A DNA stretch of 59,064 nucleotides, the filler included. It is 3 parts of 3 records of this genome, joined end to end, with 100 filler letters (N's around TTAATTAATTAA, not from the genome) between each part and the next. Parts side by side here need not be neighbours in the genome. Positions count along the whole stretch, not along the records: positions 23,701 to 44,961 come from DRR723986_7701; positions 45,062 to 59,064 come from DRR723986_7703; 1 more part is not named here. One strand, given 5' to 3'. Under the pieces are notes generated by a model that saw only the letters and a list, made by a program, of their open reading frames with translations, searched no databases and was not told where the DNA came from. Position numbers and translations under genes: made by a program. How positions within the stretch are numbered: the first letter of the stretch is position 1; every line of letters begins with the position of its first letter. This document shows, piece by piece, positions 35,302-45,507 of this stretch.

Positions 35302-35966
35302 GGTTTTGTAAATCGAAAAGAATCTTTTCGTTTCGATTTTTTTTCTTGTTTCTGGTGATATGCACTTCTTGTAATTCAAAGTCAATTTACGAGATAAGAT
35401 CAGCGGAATTAATAAGTCGTTACTCCGATTTAAGTGAAGGTGCATTGAGTGTGCTTTCTGAAGAGTCTTTTGATTTGTCTAAATCTGATTCTATTTGTAT
35501 TGAATTGAATAGGCTGAATGTTTTTTTATCTGCCGATTTGAATCGATTAGGACTGGAGTTCGGGCTTGATAGTGCTAGCGTAATAAAACCTAAATTATAT
35601 GAACTAGATAGGTTTAAGGATGATGTTGGAATGATCAATAGTTCAAATAAATCTGGGTTTTTAAATATGGTATCATACTTTTTCTTAGATTTTATCATTG
35701 TTGAGTTTATTGTTTTTTTGTTAATCCTATTATTAGGTATCGGAGCTACATCATTTAGACCGTTTGAGTTATATCAGCATGTGTCAGGTTTGTTAATTGT
35801 AATTGTTTTTGGGGCTTTTATAAGTATTGTTTTTGATCCAGTTCAAAGTTTTGGAGTCTATCAAACTAATGAAGATAATTACAGAGAATTTATTGTAGAA
35901 TTTAAAGAAGAGAGTTTTGGTTTTATGGAGGATATTGTCTCAAATAATTTAGACCTGATAAAATGA
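35298..35966 (+). CDS. Hypothetical lipoprotein with two internal TM helices
   Basis: Basic N-terminus, hydrophobic stretch and ICTSC lipobox-like motif; two long hydrophobic segments; ATGA overlaps at both ends. Confidence 0.7.
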   Translation: MRFCKSKRIFSFRFFFLFLVICTSCNSKSIYEIRSAELISRYSDLSEGALSVLSEESFDLSKSDSICIELNRLNVFLSADLNRLGLEFGLDSASVIKPKLYELDRFKDDVGMINSSNKSGFLNMVSYFFLDFIIVEFIVFLLILLLGIGATSFRPFELYQHVSGLLIVIVFGAFISIVFDPVQSFGVYQTNEDNYREFIVEFKEESFGFMEDIVSNNLDLIK

Positions 35967-36619
35967 AAAAAATTGCTTTAGTTCTTTCAGGTTCAATTTT
36001 AGGATTGTTGTTTTTTTTAAAAAAACCAGCAGTAGAGTTTTTAGAACGTTCGCCTAAGATTATTAAAAACATTATAGCGCCTGAACAGCAATCTATTATG
36101 GCTTTAGAAAATATTGGAACTCCAGTAGTTTCAATGGCAAAGTCAAATTTGGATGGGAATAGAAGCTATAGTGTTGCAAGACAAATTGCAGATAAATATT
36201 TGAAAGTTGAGAAAAGAAAAATTCATTCCAAAGGTTTAGTAAATGGAGGAGGGGAAGTTGTTAAACTTATAGATGGATATACGGGAGAAATATTGATTGG
36301 AGGGATGAAGTACGATTATGACCATATAATTAGTGTTAATCAATTATTTACAAGATACAAACATCTCTTAACTGATGAACAAATAGGCATGTTAGCAAAT
36401 GTGCCTGAAAATATAACCCCAACTATAAGAAGAGCTAATATATCAAAGAGCAACGTAGATGCTATCACATGGATGAACAAAGGAAATTCGATAGAAAAAT
36501 ATGGGATAAACCCTGAGTTACTAACTGAAAAATATAATGCTGCTTTAGAAGTTGTGTCAAAAGTGGCTGATAAAATGATAGAGAAAAATATTAGAGAGGG
36601 GATTATAAGTGTCAACTAA
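35963..36619 (+). CDS. Membrane-anchored or exported protein with an HNH-like (His-Me finger) domain
   Basis: N-terminal hydrophobic helix; DGYTG..YDYDHI..N.PENI..T.R..N.SK. Confidence 0.65.
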   Translation: MKKIALVLSGSILGLLFFLKKPAVEFLERSPKIIKNIIAPEQQSIMALENIGTPVVSMAKSNLDGNRSYSVARQIADKYLKVEKRKIHSKGLVNGGGEVVKLIDGYTGEILIGGMKYDYDHIISVNQLFTRYKHLLTDEQIGMLANVPENITPTIRRANISKSNVDAITWMNKGNSIEKYGINPELLTEKYNAALEVVSKVADKMIEKNIREGIISVN

Positions 36620-36757
36620 ATATCGGTTTCCTAACTAACCGTTTACATAGATAATAAATAAAGTGAATGCGCTTTTATTTCATGAATAAAAAAAGCCTTC
36701 CGCCACCCATCAGGCTCAAGCAAAGGAAAGCATGCTCCAGCGTTATAACATTTAACT

Positions 36758-37177
36758 ATGTCCAGACCATACCATCGTGGAGAAATCAATCGTGCCTTTG
36801 AGCGGGTGAAAGCCTTACTTCATTTTGATGCCATGCAGCGTGGAGGAGGCAGGGCTCGTTACATTGATTCCTATACAGGGGAAGAACTATGGGGTGGTGA
36901 TCGCTACGATTACGATCATATATTTCCTTCTGAGTTAATTCATACTCGCTATAAAGATAAACTTACAGATACGGAGATAGCTGAGATTGTAAATATTCCT
37001 GAGAATATTGCGGTGACGCTACGAAGTGTCAATCAGTCAAAAGGTAAAAAAGATCCCGAGCTCTGGATTCAGGATTCCAGATTGATTATATCCACAAAAA
37101 TTAAATTTGGTATTGCGGCTAAAGTCATAGAACGAGCCAAAATTGCTATAGAAAAGAAAGCTAGTCAGTTCTGTTGA
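36758..37177 (+). CDS. Small soluble HNH-like protein, paralog of 35963..36619
   Basis: DSYTG..YDYDHIFP..NIPENI..T.R..NQSKG..D...W; no signal sequence. Confidence 0.7.
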   Translation: MSRPYHRGEINRAFERVKALLHFDAMQRGGGRARYIDSYTGEELWGGDRYDYDHIFPSELIHTRYKDKLTDTEIAEIVNIPENIAVTLRSVNQSKGKKDPELWIQDSRLIISTKIKFGIAAKVIERAKIAIEKKASQFC

Positions 37178-37398
37178 TTTTCTGTCTTTTCTTACAATTA
37201 TGAAGATAATCTATCCACTTATGTGTTATTAATCCTTGCTCTGAAGTTTATGAATATACTTGTGGCTAGTTGGGAGTGACAATTCTCAATGCGTTAAGTA
37301 TTTTTTTAATATCGGACTTATTTCTAGGGGTGGAAATCTGTCCGATTTTTTTTGTTTAACACATAACCCGAAATCAAAATTCCGAAACCCGAATTGGC

Positions 37399-38271
37399 CT
37401 ATTCTTCCTCAAAACTCACATTATTCGCTCGCATAAATTCCTTAATCACCGAAACGTGAATGCATTCACCCAGATGGATAAATGCGTAATCATTCACCTT
37501 TTTTGCTTTGCCGTGGGCAATAATTGCTTTTTCCTCGATATCAAAACCCAGGTGTAAATGCTTGGTTCGGCTCTGCATCCCGCATACTTTTCCGCTGGCA
37601 TCAAATAGCGGACCGCCACTTTGTCCTCTTAGTCCAGGCGTACTCATTTCCATTCCATAGACTTTTCCTTTTTTATCTCCTAGAAAGCGAGTGAGCATTC
37701 CTTCGATCGGGAATCGAGGTGAGCGCATCGCTCCAGTGCTTGTCCATTCAAGAGATTGCTTTTGGGTGTTTAGCTGATAGTTTGAAAACTCAGGAAAAGG
37801 AAAACCGAGTCTGCACAACATCGCGCCGGGATTGATTTCGGCATGATCCTTCTTGAATTTTGGAACATTGGTGAATAGCGTTTTCTCAAAACCTTCAAAT
37901 TTGATCAAAGCCAGGTCGTATTCTGGATGAATAAAAAACCTCATGTTTTTGATCTGATCCACACAGTCTACAAAGGTTACCCGCATCTCGGAAGTAGCAT
38001 CGGGTTTTAAGCCTAGTTTTTTGGCTAAAGCAGAACGTTGTCCCCCGCTAAGATCTTTGCCTTGCTGTAAATAGTTGTTATACTTCTGGTTGATTTGATC
38101 TGCTTGAGATAGCCACTGAGCGACATGCTTGCAAGTCAGTGCATAGCCTTCTTGGTTTACAAAAAATAGCGTAGCAGCACCTCTTTCAATTTGAGTACTT
38201 CCAAAATTTCTGGAGATAGAATGAATCGCCCGGGTATAGCCGGCGGTTTCGAGAATTGCTTTTTCAAACAT
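37399..38271 (-). CDS. Trypsin-like (S1) serine protease without a signal peptide
   Basis: ALTCKHV (His), YDLALIK (Asp) and GQSGGPLF (Ser). Confidence 0.88.
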   Translation of the reverse strand: MFEKAILETAGYTRAIHSISRNFGSTQIERGAATLFFVNQEGYALTCKHVAQWLSQADQINQKYNNYLQQGKDLSGGQRSALAKKLGLKPDATSEMRVTFVDCVDQIKNMRFFIHPEYDLALIKFEGFEKTLFTNVPKFKKDHAEINPGAMLCRLGFPFPEFSNYQLNTQKQSLEWTSTGAMRSPRFPIEGMLTRFLGDKKGKVYGMEMSTPGLRGQSGGPLFDASGKVCGMQSRTKHLHLGFDIEEKAIIAHGKAKKVNDYAFIHLGECIHVSVIKEFMRANNVSFEEE

Positions 38272-38477
38272 TAAAAATTGCTTAAGTAAGGCTTCAAAAT
38301 AGGCAAAAGCATTGTAAAACTGATTTTTTCAAAATTTTTATGGAATTATTTTTCTTCGAAATCGATTGAATACAAGAAGATTTGACGAGCCTCAACAGAT
38401 AGTTTGGGCTAGCCAAATAAATGTAATAACTTAGCCATCCCTCAGGGATTTTTAGCCAAAAGTGGCATACCCGCTAA

Positions 38478-39524
<1,047 letters not shown>

Positions 39525-39551
39525 GGAGAAGTAATTCTCAAAATATACATG

Positions 39552-39578
39552 AAAGCCGATCTCAGGATCGGCTTTTTT
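39552..39578 (+). terminator. Rho-independent terminator of gap
   Basis: AAAGCCGAT-CTCAGG-ATCGGCTTT followed by T-tract. Confidence 0.85.
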
Positions 39579-39635
39579 CATTATCGAGGAAAACAAAAAA
39601 TGGGGCTATATACGTTGTATTAAAAAAGCACTTCT

Positions 39636-40256
39636 ATGATCCTTCCTTTTTTTCCATTGAAACTGGTAGTATTTCCAAAAGAAGAACTGAACCTTCACAT
39701 ATTTGAGCCTAGATATAAAGAGCTGATCAAAGATGTTGAGGAAGGTGGTTTGACTTTTGGGGTTTGTACTTTCATTGATCAGCTTTCCGGATTTGGTACT
39801 GAAGTGAAGTTGGATGAAATTCATACCAGATATGAAGACGGTAGAATGGATATTAAAACAATAGGTCAGCGTGTTTTTAAAATTGCAACCTTTGACAATC
39901 CTTCCCCTAATAAAGGTTATGCCGCTGGTGCTATCGAGTGGCTGGAAGATGATCTCAGGGTCCCGGACTTTTTGCATCATGAGTATATTTTCTACCTCAG
40001 GGAAATGCTTCATTTACTGCATTACGATGTGAGCTTTAATCCTGCAGACGTAGATTCATTTTCTTTTTCTCATAAAATCGGTCTCAAACTGGAGGAGGAA
40101 TTAGAACTTATCAAGCTCCCGTCTGAAGAAAAAAGAACTGAATTCCTCATCAACCATCTCAAAAGAATCATACCGGCTCTAAAAGCGGCTGAGCAAGCCA
40201 AAGAGAAGATCAAACAAAATGGACATTTTAAGCACCTTGATCCATTGGATTTCTAA
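39636..40256 (+). CDS. LON peptidase substrate-binding (N-terminal) domain protein
   Basis: LPFFPL..VVFP.E.LNLHIFEPRY and DGRMDI. Confidence 0.9.
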   Translation: MILPFFPLKLVVFPKEELNLHIFEPRYKELIKDVEEGGLTFGVCTFIDQLSGFGTEVKLDEIHTRYEDGRMDIKTIGQRVFKIATFDNPSPNKGYAAGAIEWLEDDLRVPDFLHHEYIFYLREMLHLLHYDVSFNPADVDSFSFSHKIGLKLEEELELIKLPSEEKRTEFLINHLKRIIPALKAAEQAKEKIKQNGHFKHLDPLDF

Positions 40257-42815
40257 TTACTGCTTTATTTCTTGAGCACGCATCAAATCATCCGTGGCCT
40301 GCAAAATTTTGCTTTTCAGGATTGGGTTGTAGTCTGGGTTTTTATCTAAAAACCCAGAGACGATTTTAGCAGCCTCAGGCGAGGTGTATTGCCCAGCAGT
40401 AACCGACATCCATCTCTTTGGGAAAAAGATGTCTCCAGTCTTCTGAATGTCTTCCAATAAGTCCAAAGCGAGCGGAAGGTGCTTGATTGCTGAATTCTGA
40501 TTCAGCGGATGGTGAATATAGCCACAAGCCGATAATACCCAGGATTCTTTTTCCCGATTGTCAGCTTCTTTAAATGATTCAAAGAAAGTGTCTCTTTCAG
40601 ATTCATTTTGTGATAAAGCTGGGAGAAGAAAGTCAAAGCGGTCGAGTTTATCTGGATTGCTGATTCTCGATCGTTCTTCAGTTAAAATTTCATTTGCTTT
40701 TGGATGACCATAAAGCGCTAAAGTCATTGCCAAACTGGTGAAATTATCAGGGTTGAGTTTCAGGTCTTTGATCTCAACTTCTTTCTTCCAAACTGAATAC
40801 AATCGATCCTGACCAATCGTTGAATAAGCGATCCCACTATAAAGTGAGAAGATTGTTTTCTTCAGATTGGTACTAAGATCCTTTTGCAATTGACTCCAAA
40901 GTTGGCTTTCCAAACCTGGAAGGACTTGTGCCCGCTGATCATCATTAAGATATTTCCAGAAAATAGCGCTGAGTTCTCCAGAAATCAATCTTGAAAGTAT
41001 TTCATTTTCTTCAAGTTCAATTCCCTTTTGAAAAGTCTCAAAAGCCAACATTGGCTCGATGTTCCCTGAAAGTGTGTTCTCAAATAAGTTGATGTAGGAT
41101 TGTCCGCGCATCACTTCATCTGTGAGCGTAGGGATGTTTGACAGAGATGCTTGATCCAAAGGAAAAACCCCATAACCTAAACCATTGCTATTGTAAAGAA
41201 TAGCTGAAGGTTGTTTTGCACCTCTAGCTTCTTTCAAATCCAGAGTTTTTTCCACCATAGAAACCGACAAGGTTTTACTCCCCTCAGGGTAGAAAAAAGT
41301 AATATCAAAAAGCTGAGGCCAGATTTTATCTGAACCATCCTCTGCGTTTTGAGTAATTACAAAAGAACTGATTGTTCCATCTTTTGCGAGCTCGATTTTA
41401 TCAGAAAGGATAGGTCTTCCAGATTGATTTACCCACACTTCACTCCATTGCTGAAGATCCATTTCTGTGTTTTCATCAAGAATTTCCACTAGCTCATTCC
41501 AATCGGCATTTCCATGAGCAAAGGTTTTGATGTATTTCTGAATGCCGTTTTGAAATGCAGCTTGTCCCATACCCGTTTCCAGCTGTCGCATCATGATCGG
41601 AGCCTTGTCGTAGATAATGCTTCCATAAAGCGAGCCAGCGTCCTTCAGGTTGGCTAATTTTTGCTTAATCGGGTTAGTTCCTTTCGTACGGTCTTCTCCA
41701 TAGGCAGAAGGATAGTGGTTGGTTAGAAATGAAAGCTCGTGATTGATGTTAGGGTAGGTGGGGTTGACAAGTTTGCCAGCCATGAAATTTGCAAAAACTT
41801 CCTTCATCCAAACATCCTCAAACCAATCCATAGTCACCAAATCACCAAACCACATGTGTGCAGTCTCATGGCCAATCAACTTTGCCCGCCTCAATAGCTC
41901 CGAGTCAGTAGCATTTTCATCTAAGAAAAGTGAGGACTCCCGGTATTGAATTGCCCCAACATGCTCCATTCCGCCATATTGAAAAATAGGAATAGTGGCA
42001 AAATCAAGCTTCTGAAATGGGAAAGGGTAGGCGGTATATGCTTCTAAGAATTCCTTTGCTTTTTGATGTAAAGTAAAGAGTTCGGGAATGCTAGCTTCAA
42101 TTTTATCAGGATTCGTTTCCCGGTAAAGCATGGTTTGAGGAAAATCTGAATCTGACCTTGCCTCTTCAAATTTGCCTGCTACAAAGGAAAACAGATACGT
42201 GCTCATTAAGTCAGACTTAGAAAAGCGATGAGTGACAAACCCACCATTTTCCTCAGAAGCTTTTTCTGGCGCTCCTGCCAAGACTTTCCAGTCTCTGGGA
42301 GCAGTAATCGTCAGCGAGTAGTTTGCCTTTAAATTTGGCTGATCAAAACAAGGGAAAAGCGTGCTGGCTCGGTCTGGAACTAATAGGGTATAAAGGAAGT
42401 CGTCATTTCTATTGAGCGATAGCTCGCCTGCTATAAATTTTATGGCGATAGCATTGCTTCCTTTTGTCAGTGATTCCTTAGGGATAACCAAGTGTTGGTC
42501 CCTATGATCGATCTCTGTTTCCATTCCATTTACCTCGAGAGAAAGCAGATGAGAAGATTCCTCGTTGAAATCTAAAATCAATGGATGTGAAAGATCAGTG
42601 ATTTCAACTTCCAATAACAAACTAGATGGAATTGTGGCCGACTTTTCCGCAGGAATTTCAAAAGTCAAGTCGTAATGAATGTCCGATACTTGTTGTTTTC
42701 GGAATTGGGCTAACTCAGATGAGATTCCGGGGTCGTAGAAATGCTTGTCTGACACAAGTTTTTCACAGGAAGCAAACAGCAAGGCGATTCCACAAAGCAG
42801 CAAGAGGTTTTTCAT
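40257..42815 (-). CDS. M1 family aminopeptidase, lipoprotein
   Basis: Lipobox FASC, FPCFDQP..KA, GGMEH, HETAHMWFGD..E and Y.K. Confidence 0.93.
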   Translation of the reverse strand: MKNLLLLCGIALLFASCEKLVSDKHFYDPGISSELAQFRKQQVSDIHYDLTFEIPAEKSATIPSSLLLEVEITDLSHPLILDFNEESSHLLSLEVNGMETEIDHRDQHLVIPKESLTKGSNAIAIKFIAGELSLNRNDDFLYTLLVPDRASTLFPCFDQPNLKANYSLTITAPRDWKVLAGAPEKASEENGGFVTHRFSKSDLMSTYLFSFVAGKFEEARSDSDFPQTMLYRETNPDKIEASIPELFTLHQKAKEFLEAYTAYPFPFQKLDFATIPIFQYGGMEHVGAIQYRESSLFLDENATDSELLRRAKLIGHETAHMWFGDLVTMDWFEDVWMKEVFANFMAGKLVNPTYPNINHELSFLTNHYPSAYGEDRTKGTNPIKQKLANLKDAGSLYGSIIYDKAPIMMRQLETGMGQAAFQNGIQKYIKTFAHGNADWNELVEILDENTEMDLQQWSEVWVNQSGRPILSDKIELAKDGTISSFVITQNAEDGSDKIWPQLFDITFFYPEGSKTLSVSMVEKTLDLKEARGAKQPSAILYNSNGLGYGVFPLDQASLSNIPTLTDEVMRGQSYINLFENTLSGNIEPMLAFETFQKGIELEENEILSRLISGELSAIFWKYLNDDQRAQVLPGLESQLWSQLQKDLSTNLKKTIFSLYSGIAYSTIGQDRLYSVWKKEVEIKDLKLNPDNFTSLAMTLALYGHPKANEILTEERSRISNPDKLDRFDFLLPALSQNESERDTFFESFKEADNREKESWVLSACGYIHHPLNQNSAIKHLPLALDLLEDIQKTGDIFFPKRWMSVTAGQYTSPEAAKIVSGFLDKNPDYNPILKSKILQATDDLMRAQEIKQ

Positions 42816-43070
42816 GACCCAACAATCAGCATATTTCGGTGGAATCGCAAGCGTTATTGGATGAATGCAATTGTCTCTTTTGGTGTGATATGCCTTGAAA
42901 AAAAACTGCAGACTGCTCCAAGTCTGTATTCTTTAGGTCACTGTGATTCTTTATGATTAAACCTTGCTATTCTTAAAGTGGATTTGATAACGACTTTTAT
43001 ATAAGTGTCTGCTCATTTTATTAGGCGAACAATCAATTATAGCTCAATGAAACTTTTGCGCCAGAGCCTA

Positions 43071-44585
43071 TCATTCCTGATCAGTATCCCTAATCTCAGC
43101 CTTTTGGGAAATGACCCTGATTTGATCATCCAACTCGTTTGCGGAATCTAACAAGAAGTCCAGCAATTCACTTTGCTGCAATTCTTCGGATGGGGTATTT
43201 TTAATCAAGTCAACAAGCCCCATAATTCTGGCGAGTGGGGCACGGATAACATGAGATTGTAGCCATGCTATATCTCTGAATTTTTTGTTTTGTTGCTTAA
43301 TAGACATCATACTTTTGACCTTTTCCGTGTTGTCTAAACAAGCCCCAATCAAACCAATTACTTTACCATTCTGATCCAATTTTTGCTTTGCCCAGGAACG
43401 GAGATATCTTTCTTCTCCATTTGGGCGGATTATCCTTTCTTCAAATTCGCTATCTTCTCCGGTTTTCAATACATGCTCAATTATCCCACGAACCATGGGA
43501 CGATCATCAGGGTGGAGTAATTCAAGGTATCCCTCAAAGGTGGCTTTGAATTCATGTCTGTTCAATCCGTAGATGGAGTACAGGGCTGGTGACCATGTCA
43601 CAATATTGTGTTCAATATCCCAGTTCCAGTTGCCAAAATGTGCCAACTCCTGACTTTGAAGCATGAGCAAATTGGATTCTCTAATAATTTCTGATTTTTG
43701 TCTATTCTCTAAAATGATCTGCAACAAGGCTGTCACGCGTTCCATCACCTGGAGTTCGTCGACGGTGGGCGTTTTAGGCTCATGATAGTACATTGCTAGG
43801 GTGGCCATCACCTCGCCTTCAGTACTGATCACCGGGTTTGACCAGCAGGATTTTAATCCGTGAATTAAAGCTGCCTCCCTGTAATTAGCCCACTTAGGGT
43901 CGGTGGAAATATCGGAAACTATTACCTGCTTTTTTAAAGCTGCTGCTGAACCACATGACCCAACATTCTCACCGATCAGTTGATTCTCAATAGCCTTCAT
44001 ATAGTCTTCAGGTAAAGAAGGAGCAACCCCCTCGTATAAATGCCCGTTTTTAATTTTCATTACCGAACAATGCATCTGCGGAAACAAAGTTTCTAATCCT
44101 TTGAGGTAACTAAGAAGAAGCTCATTGAGGGAATTATCTATGTAAAGTCGAAAAACATTTTTTTCCAACTCTTCCATGGCAATTAGTCTTTGATAATTAG
44201 TGGTCTCCTTCATCATACCACTAAGAAAAGGGAGTCTGCCTTCCTCATGTGTGAAGGCGACAAAATCCTTTACCCACTTAATATTCCCTTCTTCACTGAT
44301 CATACGATACTCAAATGAATGAATGATGCCTGGGTTGTTTCTTAAGTTACGGTATTGAAAAACTACACCAATATCGTCTGGATGTATGCGGCTTTCCCAG
44401 AAACCAGGAGATTCTGCCCATTTTTCAAGCGAAAAACCTAAAACGTGTGTCCCTTCATTTCTATTGAAGTTTATTTGCCGCATATCTATATCAGCTTCCC
44501 ACACAAAGTCACCCATGGATCGCAGAAATGCATACAATTGGTCAGGGTTATTGTTCATAAGTGCTAAGAGTAAATTTGTCTTCAA
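43071..44585 (-). CDS. Cytoplasmic PAS-GAF-PAS-HisKA signalling protein lacking a HATPase domain
   Basis: Two HPDD PAS_3 motifs, GAF GSCG..A..VIVSDI.TDP.W, and SHVIRAPLARIMGL H-box near the C-terminus. Confidence 0.85.
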   Translation of the reverse strand: MKTNLLLALMNNNPDQLYAFLRSMGDFVWEADIDMRQINFNRNEGTHVLGFSLEKWAESPGFWESRIHPDDIGVVFQYRNLRNNPGIIHSFEYRMISEEGNIKWVKDFVAFTHEEGRLPFLSGMMKETTNYQRLIAMEELEKNVFRLYIDNSLNELLLSYLKGLETLFPQMHCSVMKIKNGHLYEGVAPSLPEDYMKAIENQLIGENVGSCGSAAALKKQVIVSDISTDPKWANYREAALIHGLKSCWSNPVISTEGEVMATLAMYYHEPKTPTVDELQVMERVTALLQIILENRQKSEIIRESNLLMLQSQELAHFGNWNWDIEHNIVTWSPALYSIYGLNRHEFKATFEGYLELLHPDDRPMVRGIIEHVLKTGEDSEFEERIIRPNGEERYLRSWAKQKLDQNGKVIGLIGACLDNTEKVKSMMSIKQQNKKFRDIAWLQSHVIRAPLARIMGLVDLIKNTPSEELQQSELLDFLLDSANELDDQIRVISQKAEIRDTDQE

Positions 44586-44901
44586 TAAATAAGCTACAAA
44601 ATAATTTGCAGCTAGTAATAGGTAAGCAAATTGGTGGAATGGGATAATTCACCACTACCTATTTAAAATGGCTTAAATCTTAATGAAACCTACCTATTTC
44701 ACTGAATATTAAACGTGAGGTATAGCTAGATAATGTAATTGATGAAAGTTGGAGCTAAAAACTTACGAAAATAATAGGAGTATTAGGTAGGTGTGGTGTT
44801 AATTTCCTGAAATTCAACTTAGTAAGTTGCTGAATTGTTTATACTTTAGGAAAAAAGGTAGTAATGCAAGCCTTAGGATAAAAAGATAGGCTAAAAATAA
44901 G

Positions 44902-44930
44902 AAAAGCAGACCATTTCTAGTCTGCTTTTT
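44902..44930 (-). terminator. Terminator downstream of the tRNA
   Basis: AAAAGCAGAC-CATTTCTA-GTCTGCTTTT. Confidence 0.75.
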
Positions 44931-44932
44931 TG

Positions 44933-44961
44933 TGATCCCGCTGGGGCTCGAACCCAGGACC
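44933..44961 (-). tRNA. 3' half of a tRNA, truncated by contig end; anticodon not visible (resembles Bacteroidota tRNA-Lys)
   Basis: Minus strand reads GGTC-CTGGG-TTCGAGC-CCCAG-CGGGATC-A: T-arm, acceptor strand and discriminator. Confidence 0.85.
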
Positions 44962-45061
44962 NNNNNNNNNNNNNNNNNNNNNNNNNNNNNNNNNNNNNNN
45001 NNNNNTTAATTAATTAANNNNNNNNNNNNNNNNNNNNNNNNNNNNNNNNNNNNNNNNNNNN
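44962..45061. other. Artificial contig-joining spacer
   Basis: Identical N44-TTAATTAATTAA-N44 linker; GC rises sharply after it. Confidence 0.97.
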
Positions 45062-45391
45062 TTCGACAACTTCAAGACCGCGCTGCACGTCGCCAGCGGC
45101 ATCGGGCAGGGTTTTGCCATGCTCGCGCGACAGGGCCTCGGCCAGTTTGTCCATGTCACGGTTCAGCAGATCGACCAGCTTCATCAACACCCGTGCGCGG
45201 CGCTGCGGGTTGGTTGCGGCCCATGCGGGCTGTGCGGCGGCGGCGTATTCAACCGCTTTGTCCAACTCTTCCTTGCTGGCCAGCGGGCATTTTGCCTGCA
45301 CTTCGCCGGTTGCGGGGTTCATCACATCAGCAAAACGGCCCGACGTGCCTTTGACGTGTTCACCGTTCAGATAGTGGGTAAGCTCTTGCAT
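45062..45391 (-). CDS. mmsA: CoA-acylating methylmalonate-semialdehyde dehydrogenase (N-terminal part only)
   Basis: NPATGEVQ, WAATNPQRRARV and EHGKT..DA.GDVQRGLEVVE; GGAGG RBS. Confidence 0.88.
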
Positions 45392-45465
45392 CATGTCCTC
45401 CATTGGCATTTGCCGCAGGATAGGCTTGCAAAAAGCCATGTAAAAGAGGCAAGATTTCAAAATGG

Positions 45466-45483
45466 TTTTGCAATTTTGCAAAA
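45466..45483. promoter_or_regulatory. Probable LysR recognition site between divergent mmsA and lysR
   Basis: TTTTGCA-ATTT-TGCAAAA inverted repeat containing T-N11-A. Confidence 0.55.
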
Positions 45484-45507
45484 CAATGTCTGAGAAAGGC
45501 CGCTGCT

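Noticed and set aside
37310-37398. Imperfect hairpin and short CCGAA(A) repeats between the HNH-like gene and the protease
   Set aside because: Consistent with a bidirectional terminator and low-complexity intergenic sequence; too short to call an element
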